NCBI RefSeq assembly: GCF_031769215.1
Contig: NW_026781917.1
Span: forward strand, 1,860,001-1,924,000
DNA from: Ylistrum balloti
Taxonomy: Eukaryota
DNA length: 64,000 bases
Reading direction: 5' to 3'
The notes below the pieces were generated by a model that worked only from the letters and a program-made list of their open reading frames with translations, was not told where the DNA came from and searched no databases. Below are positions 1-13,053 of the stretch, one piece after another; within the stretch, counting starts at the first letter, position 1, and each line of letters starts with the position of its first letter. A program made the position numbers and the translations under genes.

Positions 1-2734
1 GTAATTGGCTACAGAGTGTGTATTGTATGGTGGCCTATGTAATGTCAGCAGTATTGGGAGACTATGTAAAGCAGAAACTGTTTATAAGCATATGTATGCT
101 GAGGGTGAATCTTTTTAGGGTATGGATCGTTGGAATTACCATGATATATAAATGAAAACTTTTCCTCTTGGAAAGTGTAATGGAGATAAATTCTTAGAAG
201 TTTATAGAGGACAGCTGATGAATTTGAGTTCCCATGTCTTTTGAAAAGCTGTTTTACCTTTTCTTTTTTCAGATATGTTAACTGTGGATAACCTCAGTGT
301 AAAAAGGGTTGCGAAGTGCAGGATTGTGATTTGAAAGATGGCCAAATGCCTTTAACGATAGAGTAAATGTTCTGAAATGTCTTTGGGTGGGGGATGGGGG
401 ATCACAAAAGAGGTTAGAAATAAATTCGAGGCTTTGTAAGAGGCTACGGTTTTGTGTGAGAAAGGAGGTGTACACTTGAGACTCCCTGCATAGTTCTGCT
501 ATAGGAGTATAATGTCATACTGAAAGTCAGTTGTCTACAATTGAAGTGGAATACTGTTACATCAGCAATGTATCAAATCAACATCATGATGTAACTACAT
601 GGTGTAAAAATAAAATGCAGTGATATAAATTCTAATATCCCAATCATCAATAACTTCTTGTTTAATTCAAAATCAATTGATATTTATTGCCTGTGACTTG
701 TAGAGGAAATAAGCACTGATGGAGAAAATTTGGATGGCTGCCCTTTGTTCAGTGGTAAAGAATCATTTCTACCTGCCATAATCAGTCGCTTAATGTATAT
801 TTGCGTTTTTTTTTCTATTTATTTATACACTACATTATAAATCAACATAGATTAATTATATGATATTAGCTGACCAATTGTCAAGTAAGTCCTGGAGGGG
901 ATAACCCAATGGTAGCAGTATTGGCTAGCTTCAGAGCAGTCAGATATACAGTAGCAGTTGTTTTTATCCTTATCATTTTTCTTCATTGTAACTGTTTTGC
1001 TGAAATTGTAACTTAACAGGTTAAGTTTGTAGATTGTTTCCATGTGATTGCACTGCTTGCTCTTGTGTATGTTTATTTTCCAAGCAACTTTTGTATCAGG
1101 GACATTTCTTTGTGTACAAGCTGTCAATGTCAAACTTACATTGAACATGGATGCTGTTTCTGTCATCTGGAGTGAACAAAGAAGCCAAATTTACAAGCGA
1201 TATTATTCCTAGTGTAAGTTTTGTGCTTTCTGCGTTAAGGTATGGTGAACAAAGCCTAACCAACATGACAATTTTAGTCTTGGTATTTCAAGGCTGAAAC
1301 CAGAACTGACGTCCAGGTTGGTCTTGTGTGCGTGCTGCTTATCAGAGCACATGCAGTGCTTGGTTTCGATAAATGGATGACTTATGTGTTGTTTATTAAA
1401 TCGATAAGTTGACATTTATTAGCTGCAGTCTATCGTATGAAATGAGTTGAAACATTTTTATTTGGTATCTGCATGGAGATATTGTGCTATCATTAAAAAA
1501 ATGACAGGAAGTACGATTACTTACCTTGTCACTCTGGTGTAAGTTTTCACTCATTTGTAACCTCGTTTTTATAATTCTTTGATTTTGGCATTGAACTGTA
1601 ATCACATATATACATTTTATAGTTTCTAATATAATGTCATTATCCTTTGTTTTTTACTTTTTGTTTGTTCTAATAATTCATCTGCCAATTCCTACACATG
1701 ACCATTCCTAACTGGTGAGTAACACAAACATCATTTACAAGTCTCAAGACGTTACATTAAGAAGTCATGTTTACTGTGATATGGGAACACTTTTTGTGAT
1801 ATCTCAAGACGTCATGAGTATTGAAAGGTTTAAGACAACATGATGCTCAAGGGAAAATTGTCTAAATAAGGGGAGGTAAATGCCATACAAACTGAAACTC
1901 TTGTCTGTTGTAAAGCTGAATGCTGCGATCGGAATGTCACTTACCTTAGTCATGCTCAGCAATTTTCCTTAATGAAATTATTGTCGGAAAATGGGCTGCA
2001 GGATGCTATCTCAGACTAAATTTTTTTCACCTCGGAACTAAGGAGTTCTTGTGAGAGGTCAGTGTAGACTGTCACTATTGTAGTTGATGTTACGTTATGT
2101 GGTTACGCTATTGGAAGAAGTAACGGAACCATGGAGGAGTCAACCATAGATCTATGGCGTTGTTTGAACTGTACCCATGAGTGATGGCATGTGTCTTACG
2201 GGATCATTTGCAGCTACGAAAGAGATATTTTTTTTTACTGTGATGTCATGGCAGTGCTAAATATAATTGATAATTGGAGATCAAAGGTAGCTGGCATCAT
2301 AACGCTGATGAAATGTTGCCATGCTGCAAGGCACAACTTTGTCATTAACACTACATATATACATTTAGTTGGCATTAAGAACTCTCATGTTCTTTTTTAA
2401 TTGGGAGATAAACACATTCAAGGAATTGGCTCACACCTGAATATGTTGGGTCACAATTAAAAATCTAAGTGGACATTTCTGTAGAATCAATGCTTGTACA
2501 TCTGGACAACTCTGTTACAAAATTTATTGTTAAATTATTGAATGTGTGTGACTCTTTTTTAATTTGGACTTTTAATTCTGGAGAGTTTTACTCACTCTTC
2601 ATCATATATACATATTTTTGTTGTTTTGCATCTTTCTTCATTTTTTATTCATACAGCTAAATTTGTTCAGGGAATTTGTCTACACAGAGTCTAAGCAGTT
2701 GAAGTACCTCCTTGTGGAGGGAGGGAGCACTTGT

Positions 2735-3150
2735 TACTAGCTATTACTCCATAGCATGCTCTAGTTTAACAGATCACTCGTTTTCAGTGTCCTCATGACT
2801 AGCTAACACTTTGGATTGCCCAAGCTCTGGGTTAACATAAGACCGTTCAAACTTTGGGGTTGTCTATATATGACTGTTGACACCTATTACTAGTTGCTTA
2901 CTCCATGGCATGCTCTAGTTTAACAGATCACTCTTTTTCAGTGTCCTCATGACTAGCTAACACTTTGGATTGCCCAAGCTCTGGGTTAACTTAAGACCGT
3001 TCAAACTTTGGGATTGTCTATATATGACTGTTGACACCTATTACTAGTTGCTTACTCCATGGCATGCTCTAGTTTAACAGATCACTCTTTTTCAGTGTCC
3101 TCATGACTAGCTAACACTTTGGATTGCCCAAGCTCTGGGTTAACTTAAGT
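2735..3150. repeat. Tandem repeat, 154-bp unit, about 2.7 copies
   Basis: CATGCTCTAG recurs at 2755, 2909, 3063; copies nearly identical. Confidence 0.95.
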
Positions 3151-3789
3151 TTTGGAATTGCCTTATATGTAACTATTGAGTCTATCTTATACAGTAAATA
3201 GTTTTAATTTCCTGGACTTTTTGTTCAACTCATTGTGTAAATATTTGTGTTGTTAAGATTAAGTGATGTTACAGAGCAACCGGTGAGAATTAGAAAAAAA
3301 ATTGTTTTTGAAGCCTGAATGTTAACTTAGAATAATAAATGTTTTAACTTTCTACTTTACAGATTATTGTATGTGCAGGTGGTATCCTATCTGGTACTAT
3401 GTGTATCAAGATTTCAAGTGCTTAGGAACACAATGCTAACAGCAGACAATGATACACGAGAATAACAAGAGTATGATTTACATGTTATATTTGAAATCAT
3501 ATCAAATGAAAGGAATCAGGTGTGTTAAATGGATGATGTCTTTGCTTGGATAAAAAAAAAAAAATTTCTGAATTACCCGTAGGCGACATTTACGATGTTT
3601 GACCTTGAGAATTCTTGAGTGATGGTGTGTAAAGGTGTAGACTAATAAGAATGGTTTTGAACTACTTTTACGATTTCATGAATGAAATAAGTCAAAATTA
3701 TCAAAGAAACACCAATGACTAAAATCTATGATATCTAATGATATATGGCCCGCATTTAAATTCACTGAAGTTAGTTGGTTACTATTGGA

Positions 3790-4616
3790 AACCTCAAAAT
3801 ACCAGGCATGGAGATTATATTGCCAGAAATCTATAGGAAAGAGAAAAGTTTAACCTCAAAATACCAGGCATGGAGATTATATTGCCAGAAATATATAGGA
3901 CAGAGAAAAGTTTAACCTCAAAATACCAGGCATGGAGATTATATTGCCAGAAATATATAGGACAGAAAAGTTTAACCTCAAAATACCAGGCATGGAGATT
4001 ATATTGCCAGAAATCTATAGGAAAGAGAAAAGTTTAACCTCAAAATACCAGGCATGGAGATTATATTGCCAGAAATATATAGGACAGAGAAAAGTTTAAC
4101 CTCAAAATACCAGGCATGGAGATTATATTGCCAGAAATATATAGGACAGAGAAAAGTTTAACCTCAAAATACCAGGCATGGAGATTATATTGCCAGAAAT
4201 ATATAGGACAGAGAAAAGTTTAACCTCAAAATACCAGGCATGGAGATTATATTGCCAGAAATATATAGGACAGAAAAGTTTAACCTCAAAATACCAGGCA
4301 TGGAGATTATATTGCCAGAAATATATAGGACAGAAAAGTTTAACCTCAAAATACCAGGCATGGAGATTATATTGCCAGAAATATATAGGACAGAAAAGTT
4401 TAACCTCAAAATACCAGGCATGGAGATTATATTGCCAGAAATATATAGGACAGAAAATATATATGGAGATTATATTGCCAGAAATATATAGGACAGAAAA
4501 GTTTAACCTCAAAATACCAGGCAGAATTAAGCCAGAAATTATAGAAAAGTTTAGCCTCAAAATACCAGGCATGGAGATTATATTGCCAGAAATATATAGG
4601 ACAGAAAAGTTTAACC
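3790..4616. repeat. Minisatellite, 60/62-bp unit, about 14 copies
   Basis: AACCTCAAAATACCAGGCATGGAGATT... starts at 3790, 3852, 3914, 3974, 4036, 4098, 4160, 4222, 4282, 4342, 4402, then degenerate copies. Confidence 0.97.
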
Positions 4617-5924
4617 ACGAACTATTTTCATGGTAAAGAAAAACAATTAAGAAAGGTCTCAATTTATATTAAAACTTTGATGTTGATCATAAGGATAGGA
4701 GCCATGTTAAGGCTGTCTTGCAATATTTCATTTATCTGTGCTGTATGTACGAGCTAAAACTAGGATAGATATATATGTTGTAGATTTCACAACTTTATAT
4801 ATATATTGTGTATACTCTCTTACCACACACTCTCTTGTATCTGAATGTCTGTGATGCATTTAAATGCATGTAAGTGCATGCTTGCATGCTAATCTGACGT
4901 GTGCATGGCTATCTACCAGTTGGTGTTTTTATTAGAGGTCAAGGATAACAACTCTCCCTTAATAACACATGGGGCGTAACACTTCCTTCCCTATGTTAAC
5001 AAAAAAGATGATTGTAAAGAAAGAAGAAAAAAAAGTGTCCATATGCCTGTGCTTTTTATGCAGCTGCTATCGGTTTTGACCACCTAAGAAGGTTAGATTT
5101 ACAGTGTTAAAGGAATGCTTGTGATTTGGGATACTGTCTTAGTCTGCCTCCTTACCTTCTAACAGACTCATCTGATGTTAAATTCTTAACCTTGTAATAC
5201 TTCTTTATAGTTCATCTTTACTACAACATGCAATTTGTTTTGTTTAAAAAAAAAAATAGGATTCAGCGTTATTGTAGTATGATTCATGAGCAACTGGAAC
5301 ATGAAGTTTTTCAATACTTTGAATTTAACTAATTTTGACACAGTAATTCTAAAATTTAAACCCTTTTCCGAGTTAATGAATAATACTAAAACATCCATAT
5401 AACTGGAAATAATAGTTTAATGATTGACAAGTATTAAATTTGAAGTTTTGAACTTGAATTTAATTTGCTTGAGTGAATGTTCTGATTCCATTTCTAAGTA
5501 TAATCACTTTTTGTGGTGTTTGCTATCAGTAAATCATAACCAGCGTGCCGTGACCTAGTTTTCCACCTCAATGGTTAGTGTAGATGAAAGTTTTTATGAA
5601 CCACACCATGAAATATTAACAAGCTATTAAAACGAAACATGGCTGAACTGATAGCAAATATTGTCCTTGCTTACTCTAGTAGGAAAATCATACAGTCACA
5701 TAGATATAATAGTGGCAGCTTTGCCTGTTGCTCATTTCATTCACACTTTTGTAAATTGAGCTCTATTTCTTTGTATGGTATTCATTCTGTTATAGGCCCA
5801 GGTAAGGGAGGTAGTCCTTACATGGAATGTCTGACTGAGAATGGAAGGGTGGGCTTATTATAGCTTATTTCAGCTTATTTCACTTAGACTTGTTAGTATT
5901 TTTACAGAACAGGATTAGAGATTG

Positions 5925-6390
5925 GATGGGCTTGTTACATGACACAGGCCTTAAGTTGGATAAATGTGGGTGGGCTTATTACAAGTCATGGGTCTTCCGT
6001 GCGATAAGTTTGGAGAAGGTAGATATTTGTGAGCTAATTACAAGACATTGGTCTTACGTGCTATAAGTTTGGAGGAGGTAGATATTTGGGCTTATTACAA
6101 GACGTGTGCCTAACGTTCGATATAAATGCAGGGAAAAGATATTTGTGAGCTTGTTCGAAGACATTTGTGGGCTTATTACAAGACATGGGCCTAACGTCCA
6201 ATGAATATGGAGGAGATAGATATTTGTGGGCTTACTACAAGACATGGGCCTAACATGCAATAGATATTGAGGAGGTAGATATTTGTGGGCTTATTACAAT
6301 TCGTCTAGTGTCAAATAGATATGAAAGAAAAGATATTGGTAGGCTAATTACAAGATATGGGTTTAATGTCAGATAAATATGGTAATATTT
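5925..6390. repeat. Degenerate minisatellite, about 59-bp unit, about 8 copies
   Basis: Recurrent GGGCTTATTACAAGAC...GGAGGTAGATATTTGT. Confidence 0.85.
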
Positions 6391-9300
6391 TAGAACAAAC
6401 TTTCTGCCTCTGTTTGAAAATTTTCACATCATGACAGCTATTTAACTTGAATGTGTTTTAACCTCTTGAAAAGGCTGGTTCAACTTTTGGTGTTACACTG
6501 CAAGCTTTTGATTTAAGGGTGGACACATGGCCATGCTGAATTTGAAGCAGCTGTAAACCGACCAATCAAAACCAATTATACTTGATGTCCGCTTCAGATG
6601 CTGGCTTATAAAGACAATGCAGGAAGTCAAAACCACACGACCTTGTTCAGCCGACCTTTGAAATCTACCAGTCATCAATGTACTTTTACCTCTTTAGATG
6701 TGTTTTTTTTTTGAGACTTTTAACTTTGCCAGTTATTGCTTTAAACGAAGTCTGGAAACTGTATTGTCTTACAAATGAATCATTTCCTCATTTGTCATCC
6801 TCTAATTGAGATGAATTACTGGATTTGTCTTCTAGTGCCCTGAATAGCATCTTTCCCATGAATAGCATCATTCCCTTTCAGTTTTGTCCAAGAAATACTT
6901 TCTACAGACAGAAAAATCATCTTCATATTGTGAAAAAGATCATTTAAAAAATGATCTGTGCTGCTTCAACCAAGAAATGAAGAAGATAGTCTCCAGTAAC
7001 ATTCATTTAAATGGATGAATCTTGTCAATACATGGAATCCTCATCTGAATGGCTGTGTACCTATTGTAGAGATAGTTCACATTGTTGGGCTAACGTTTCA
7101 TGGCTTATGCAGTTCGTGATTACTGGAGGATTCCATTTCATGCAGTGCACTTTTCAGCAGTAAAGAGCATAGCATTTGATTAACTCTAGAAATATTTGCT
7201 GTGTATTTTACCCTGTCTTCAATGTCACCATTATAACAAAATTAAACTCCTCTGAAAATATCACCAACTAGACAGATGTATCCAAGGCTGACCTTACCTA
7301 AATATTCATTTTTTGCACTTAGAAGGATGTTATATTTTATTGAAACTGGAAATAAGTCCGCACAAACATGACAACAGATTGCAGCTAACCTTGACCCTGG
7401 TTAGACAGGTTGGAAATGAAATATCTTGTCTTATCTTAAACAAGCTGGTAATATTTCTCTCGGTATTGTTAGCATCATTGCTAGATAACAGCGTGTGTTT
7501 AATGGACAGTATGTGTAATTGTATTAATTTGATTGTGTTTACTTTGTTATATAAGAAAGAGTGGCAACTATTGAGGCCAGTTTTCCAAAAATTGCTGATT
7601 TCTTTCATTTTATGTATTACTGGTAACATACATGTAGCTTTAGTGGCTGGGTTCAGAATCGCACAGAGGTTAAACACATTTCCTGTCTATCATACTTTTA
7701 ACACAATTTCTGAGTCTCCACAATTTCGACAATTTCAAGATTTCCAATCTTTTGTGATCTTATCAGATTTTGAATGTTTAAGTAAAGTGCTATTATCAGA
7801 AGATGTACCAGAAATAAGCAGCCAATGCTTTTAAGATAAAAATTTAGACAAGGTCGAGGCGACAGATTAAACATGATTTCCCCACATTTTTACACTGATA
7901 TCATCGCTTCAGACACAAATAGTATTAAGAATAACTGGTATGCCAAACTTTACATGAAATTAGCATTTACACATGCATTTAATAAAATTGTTTACTAAAT
8001 TTGTAGTTAGATTTTGATTTGGTGAGCTTTGTAATGGGTTGGTGCTGTATGATGTACATGTGTACAACATGTCATGTTGTTACAGTTGACCTAGATCTGA
8101 TGATCAATCACTTTGGTCTTACAGCAGTATTAAGATTCATATTAACATGAATGTTTGAAATCATGCAGACATATAAGATACAGTTACTCTTTTTTCTTAT
8201 GGATGGGCCTGTTTATTTTCTCTACAAGTACAAAACAAGTTGAAGTCCTTAAAGTGACACTAATATCTATATATTCATGAGAAAGCTTTTATTGTGGACA
8301 ATTCAAACGAAAATTTGGACTGTTATTGTGCAAATCACCGAGTTTAAAGAAAGCGTATATTTGGGCTCTCTTTTCTGGAGCATTGTCAACTTTCATTTTC
8401 TGAAAATATTGAAATTGATATTCTTCATGAAATGCTTTACAAACTTTTTATTTCAAACCCTTTATTGACAATGAAGAATTAAATCTAAAATGATTACTGT
8501 AAATGTTATTGCATTGATATAATTTGAAATTCATCTATATCATTTTAGGTAAGAATTTTAGTATTTCTGAAATTACTAAAGGATTTCAATAAATTCATCT
8601 TAAATAAGATTAGGATCGGAAAGTTCAAGGGAAAGGGTCACTTAAGGTCACTTATGATCATTTGATGGCTTAATTGACTGACCCCTTCAACACCAAATTG
8701 TAAAGGGTTTTGACAAACAATCATGTTCAAGTTAAGATTACAGATTATTAAGAAACAAAAGTCTAGACAGAGAAGATTTTTTGTGTTACATAAAAGCATT
8801 GGTATCTTTTAGACTGTATCCATTTTAACTACTATCAACTTTGGTAGGGAGTCAAGAAGGTCATTCAGGACCAGTTTTTATGTCAAGAAGACATCACAAT
8901 ACAAGTCATAAAGCCACACAAGTCTGTGTTTGAAGATATTTGTTGTATAGTCAGCAAAATGAGTTTGTTGTGAAATGAGGCATCTCACATTAGGAGCCTC
9001 ATTTCAGTAATATTACATGTCTCCTTAAACAACTGGAAAGATTACTTTGTGCAGATGAGCACATTATAAACGACCAATGAGCACTTCCTGTTTGACAAAC
9101 TTCTCATGATAATCCAAGGCCAGTCAAGGTCATCAAAGGTCAATCAAGATTTAATGTGACTTTTGTGGTCATTATTGATGTTAACAAATGAGCCAGAGTA
9201 AGAATATGTTGAAAGGACTTTGTAATCGAGGGTGACGTCATATCTACTTTGTTGTTTTTATCTTCAGTAATTGCTACATACATCGAAGACGTAGGTGTAG

Positions 9301-9994
9301 CCAGATTTTCATAATAAAAGGTTGAGGTCATCTTAAGATATCCTCATATTGTTTTAAAAATCACTCTTGGGGCATTGTATTTGTATGAAATTTTTTTCTG
9401 CAGATTCGTAGCATCTGAATCATAATGCTTGCTTGGAATTCTTCCTTGAAAATGGTGAGAAGAAACTTTTATGCATTGATTCACAAAAGATGAATTACAT
9501 AAGGTATAATATATCTTAGATGAAAGACTTGGTGTGACCATTGATTAGGCTACAGACAGACCACCACCCAAGTGTCACTTTGTCTGATGATCTGATCAAG
9601 TACTGACTAAGAGGATTTCAAACAGGTTGTCTCATTTGAATCTAATTTGATTGATTTACTGGAAAACTTGAAACATGTTATTGAAAAAAAAAATTGGAAA
9701 CTTAGATAAATGGAATTAAATGAGGTGTGATGGGCTTTTTGGGAGATAAGGGTTATCAACAACCTCTTGTCATGTTATCTGGACATAATAGTCGCAGGTC
9801 GCCTAAGGTCATAGTCATTCCAACTTTATTGATGTTCAAACACCAGACAGAATATGAAACATCAAAGGTGATAATCTTCATTTAACTTTTTATCAATGAG
9901 TTTGGATGAATTAGAGACTCTGTAAATGTGTAGTCTTCAATTTTCAAAATAATTGAGATAAATTAAACAAAATTATTAGTATTATGAATTATAC

Positions 9995-10200
9995 ATCAGC
10001 ACAACACGCTTACGCAAGCAACATGTAGCATGAATAAATCGTGTATTGGATCGGAACTGGTTGTGTCGTGCTCACTCCTTACGATATACATTCATTTAGT
10101 GAGGACTGTATACCTCAGGTATCCACGGCCGTTCTAGGAAGAATTTACCGGATTTTATCAATTGCGAGACATTTTGCCTCCACCCTCCCGGTGTTGTTTT
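9995..10200 (+). promoter_or_regulatory. CpG-retaining island; candidate promoter / non-coding first exon
   Basis: 11 CpG in about 190 bp against a CpG-poor background; Inr-like TCATTT at 10092; donor CAG|GTAT at 10119. Confidence 0.28.
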
Positions 10201-10656
10201 GCCCAATGGTTAGATAATGAATGAATGGTATTCATACCAAAGAATTCACTGTATTTATCCAGGAATCAGCCCAACCCCTTATTCTGAGTCGGAGTTTGCT
10301 CTGATGGAATTTTTGTATTTGTTCTATAAATAGAAAACATGTTTTTCTCCACTCTTAGTAAGGCATAATTCAAAATAGTAATTAAAATTAATATTTTCTT
10401 GGCAGCAACCAGATGTAGAGAACCATAAGTGTTGTTGAAAATATGGAATGTATTAAACAAGTTCAATAATTTGATCGGTCAAGAGCTTGTGACAGACCAT
10501 ATTATTTAACTAGTTGAATGAATTCCATACTACATCAGCACAAGTGTAGCTTTCTTTTTATATTATAAAATGATTTCCCTATAAGACAGAATTACTTTGA
10601 CGCCGATGGTACTTTTCCACTACCAAAACATTAATGTAACATCGTGATACAAGTCG

Positions 10657-10890
10657 CTGTATTTTCCGGGTTATAAACCGCGCTGAAATGCAAGCCACAG
10701 AACTAATTTACAACATTTTTTTTCTATTTTATCCACATAGTAGCCACATCAGAATATAAGCCGCATCTTTTATTATGATGTGGTAACCGTTATGTTGACA
10801 AAAATTCATTGATATAGCAGGGTTTTTTCTCATTCAGCTGATTTTATTTTTGTCCTCATATAAGCCACACTGGTATATAAGCTAGACGCC
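10657..10890 (+). mobile_element. Tc1/mariner-pogo-type DNA transposon end fragment
   Basis: CTGTATTTTCCGGGTTATAAACCGC start and repeated TATAAGCC(G/A)CA subterminal motifs; no matching second end seen. Confidence 0.5.
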
Positions 10891-12854
10891 CAACCACTAA
10901 GGAAAACACCTAATCCAGAACAAATGGTATTTATGACTTCGCAATAGTTTTCAACATGACATCTCAACATAGACCATCATGAATTGTTTACCTACATCAC
11001 AGTTAATATCCTTCTCTGTGATAGATGGAGAATTATCACCTGGTTCATAGCTCTATCAAAGACGTATTTATGAAAAGGAAAGAAAGGTAGACATTTGATA
11101 TCTAAATAGATATATTTCATTTTGATAATTAAAAATTTGGCACTTTTATATATCCAAGGTTATATTGCCACAAAACTGTAATGCATTAAATTTTACGAGA
11201 CTGTTATTGGAATGTAACCTGAACTGCATCTATAAACAATCATATTTTATACACAAATAAAATCATTCTCCTTTAAAATGCTTTTAAAATGATGTTAATT
11301 TCCCTAAACCGAAGGGCATTTTATATAATGCAAAAAACACAACAGGAATCTCGAGCATGTGATGAAAATAGAACTGACATGTCGGTTTATCTCTTTATTC
11401 CTATTTTGACGTATTTTCTTTTAAGAATTAGCAAAGTCTAATAAAAGTCAATTAAGAATACTAAGCAGGTGAGAAAGGCATCTTTTAAATGTTTGTGGAT
11501 TATTTCTGAATAATTCTCTTTGACAAACATAGGTTTGATAATGATTGTTAAAGTAATTATAGCATTATTATACTTAAACTGAAATGGAGCTCAGTTACAT
11601 AATGGTCTTGTCTGCTGATGAGCTTTCCCATAAAGTTCGTCAGGGAGAGGCTCTGATGAAATACATTTCAACATGATACAGACACATTATGTAAATTATG
11701 TGAATACCTCTATAGAGCCTTCTTTGTTCAGACATGCCACTTCTCTAGAGGTCAGTCAGAAAAAGTTGTTACCCTGGATGTCATTTTTAAAACTTAGATG
11801 CCTGACATGCTGTTTATTGTCTTGTTTTTGTCGTCTTTTTTAAAAAATTTTTTGAATTTCTCAAACATCAACAAAAAGTTAGGTATTCAAAATTATTGGA
11901 AATATGTATTTACCTGCCTTATTACTGTTTAAATCTGATTACATGAATTCTTGAATTTTAATCTTTTGTGACAATATAACGATTTAAGATTTTTAGCATT
12001 TGTCTTTTACTTTTTAGTTGGTTTGATGTTATTTCCTTTTGAATCATTGTGTCTTTCACTGCTTGATGGCCCTAGTGACCTTTGATGTGTTGATGGGCCG
12101 TTAAGAACGTAATAATAACAATTCATGGATTCTTTTGGTAAGGGGCTTTCCTTCTTCCCTACATGTTATCTACATTGAATCATGGAGTCAATTAAAGTCA
12201 TTATTCTGAAAACATTTACATACATGTACAAGCTGAAGCAGTCATGTTGTATGGTTGATTGTGTATCATATAAAATAATTTCCATAAACAAATTTATAAT
12301 GTGTGAATAAATTTTACACTTATTGAGAGATAATGTAATTATCATGGACATCAACTTGTTGTGTTAGTTGAGATAAATATTCTAAATTAAACCAGAGTGG
12401 GACTTGCAGCCTTTTTTGTACAGAATGCATATTGATAATGAGAAAGGAAGAAAATAACTGTCCCGCTGTATTAATATAAATGATATCTTTTTCTACTCTT
12501 GGGACAAAATGAAATTAAATGATTTATCAATTATGAATGATAAGTTGGAATATTATAATATGACTCATTTTTCCACACTCTGATTGGTCAAAGCACCTCT
12601 CATAGGTCTGATGATATTGCATTGTCACACTGAAACAGGTAACTTAATGACTTGTGTATGCAAACTGAATAGAACGGTCTAAAACTCTGTTGGCTTTGGT
12701 TGGTTGACAAGTTTACGTCTCCGCAACTCCTACCATGTCAAGGCATCATCTCACCGGAAAACGTCGGTGGTCTAGTGACGTGTTGGTTGGGCATTTTACA
12801 TGTGAATATAACAATCCAGTAACCAATTAGAAGTGCAGATTGTCATCTTATCCA

Positions 12855-12994
12855 ACAATTATTTACCTGTTTTCAGGTGAATACAAGGATTTATCAACCT
12901 GAGAGGATGATATTTGACAAGGCCTCACTAGGAAAATACCACCTTCTCAGGTTAATAATTCCTGGTATTCACCTGAAAACAAGACAATAGTTGT
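12855..12994. mobile_element. Foldback (MITE-like) element with about 60-bp imperfect arms
   Basis: Left arm ...TGTTTTCAGGTGAATACAAGGATTTATCAACCTGAGAG... pairs with right arm ...TTCTCAGGTTAATAATTCCTGGTATTCACCTGAAAACA...; superfamily not determined. Confidence 0.7.
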
Positions 12995-12999
12995 ATAAT

Positions 13000-13053
13000 G
13001 TAACCTCTTGTGGAAGAAATGCAGTGTAACCTCTTGTGGAAGAAATGCAGTGT
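13000..13053. repeat. Perfect 26-bp tandem duplication
   Basis: GTAACCTCTTGTGGAAGAAATGCAGT x2. Confidence 0.9.

Noticed and set aside
273-3470. Acceptor-like sites at 272, 1099, 2083 and 3362 followed by short Cys-rich peptides
   Set aside because: All frames stop within about 35 codons, no consistent phase chain, and TGT/TGC codons are common in CpG-decayed DNA.
3790-4662. ORFs of 63-179 aa on both strands; CRISPR-like regularity
   Set aside because: They are translations of a head-to-tail minisatellite; there are no unique spacers, no cas genes, and the context is eukaryotic.
6550-6660. CCAAT x2 plus TATAAAG, a possible promoter
   Set aside because: Short motifs are frequent by chance and no downstream first-exon donor could be supported.
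7313-7834. 173-aa plus-strand ORF overlapped by a 115-aa antisense ORF
   Set aside because: TTG start, AT-rich composition, no recognisable domain or convincing splice boundaries; compatible with chance, though a homology search would settle it.
8971-9006. 11-bp perfect hairpin TGAAATGAGGC / GCCTCATTTCA
   Set aside because: Too short for a pre-miRNA, with no other supporting features.
11615-11660. CTGATGAG followed by a short stem, suggesting a hammerhead ribozyme
   Set aside because: No GAAA after stem II and no stems I/III. Other CTGATGA sites inspected (for example near 215, 27835, 59560) also lack the core.
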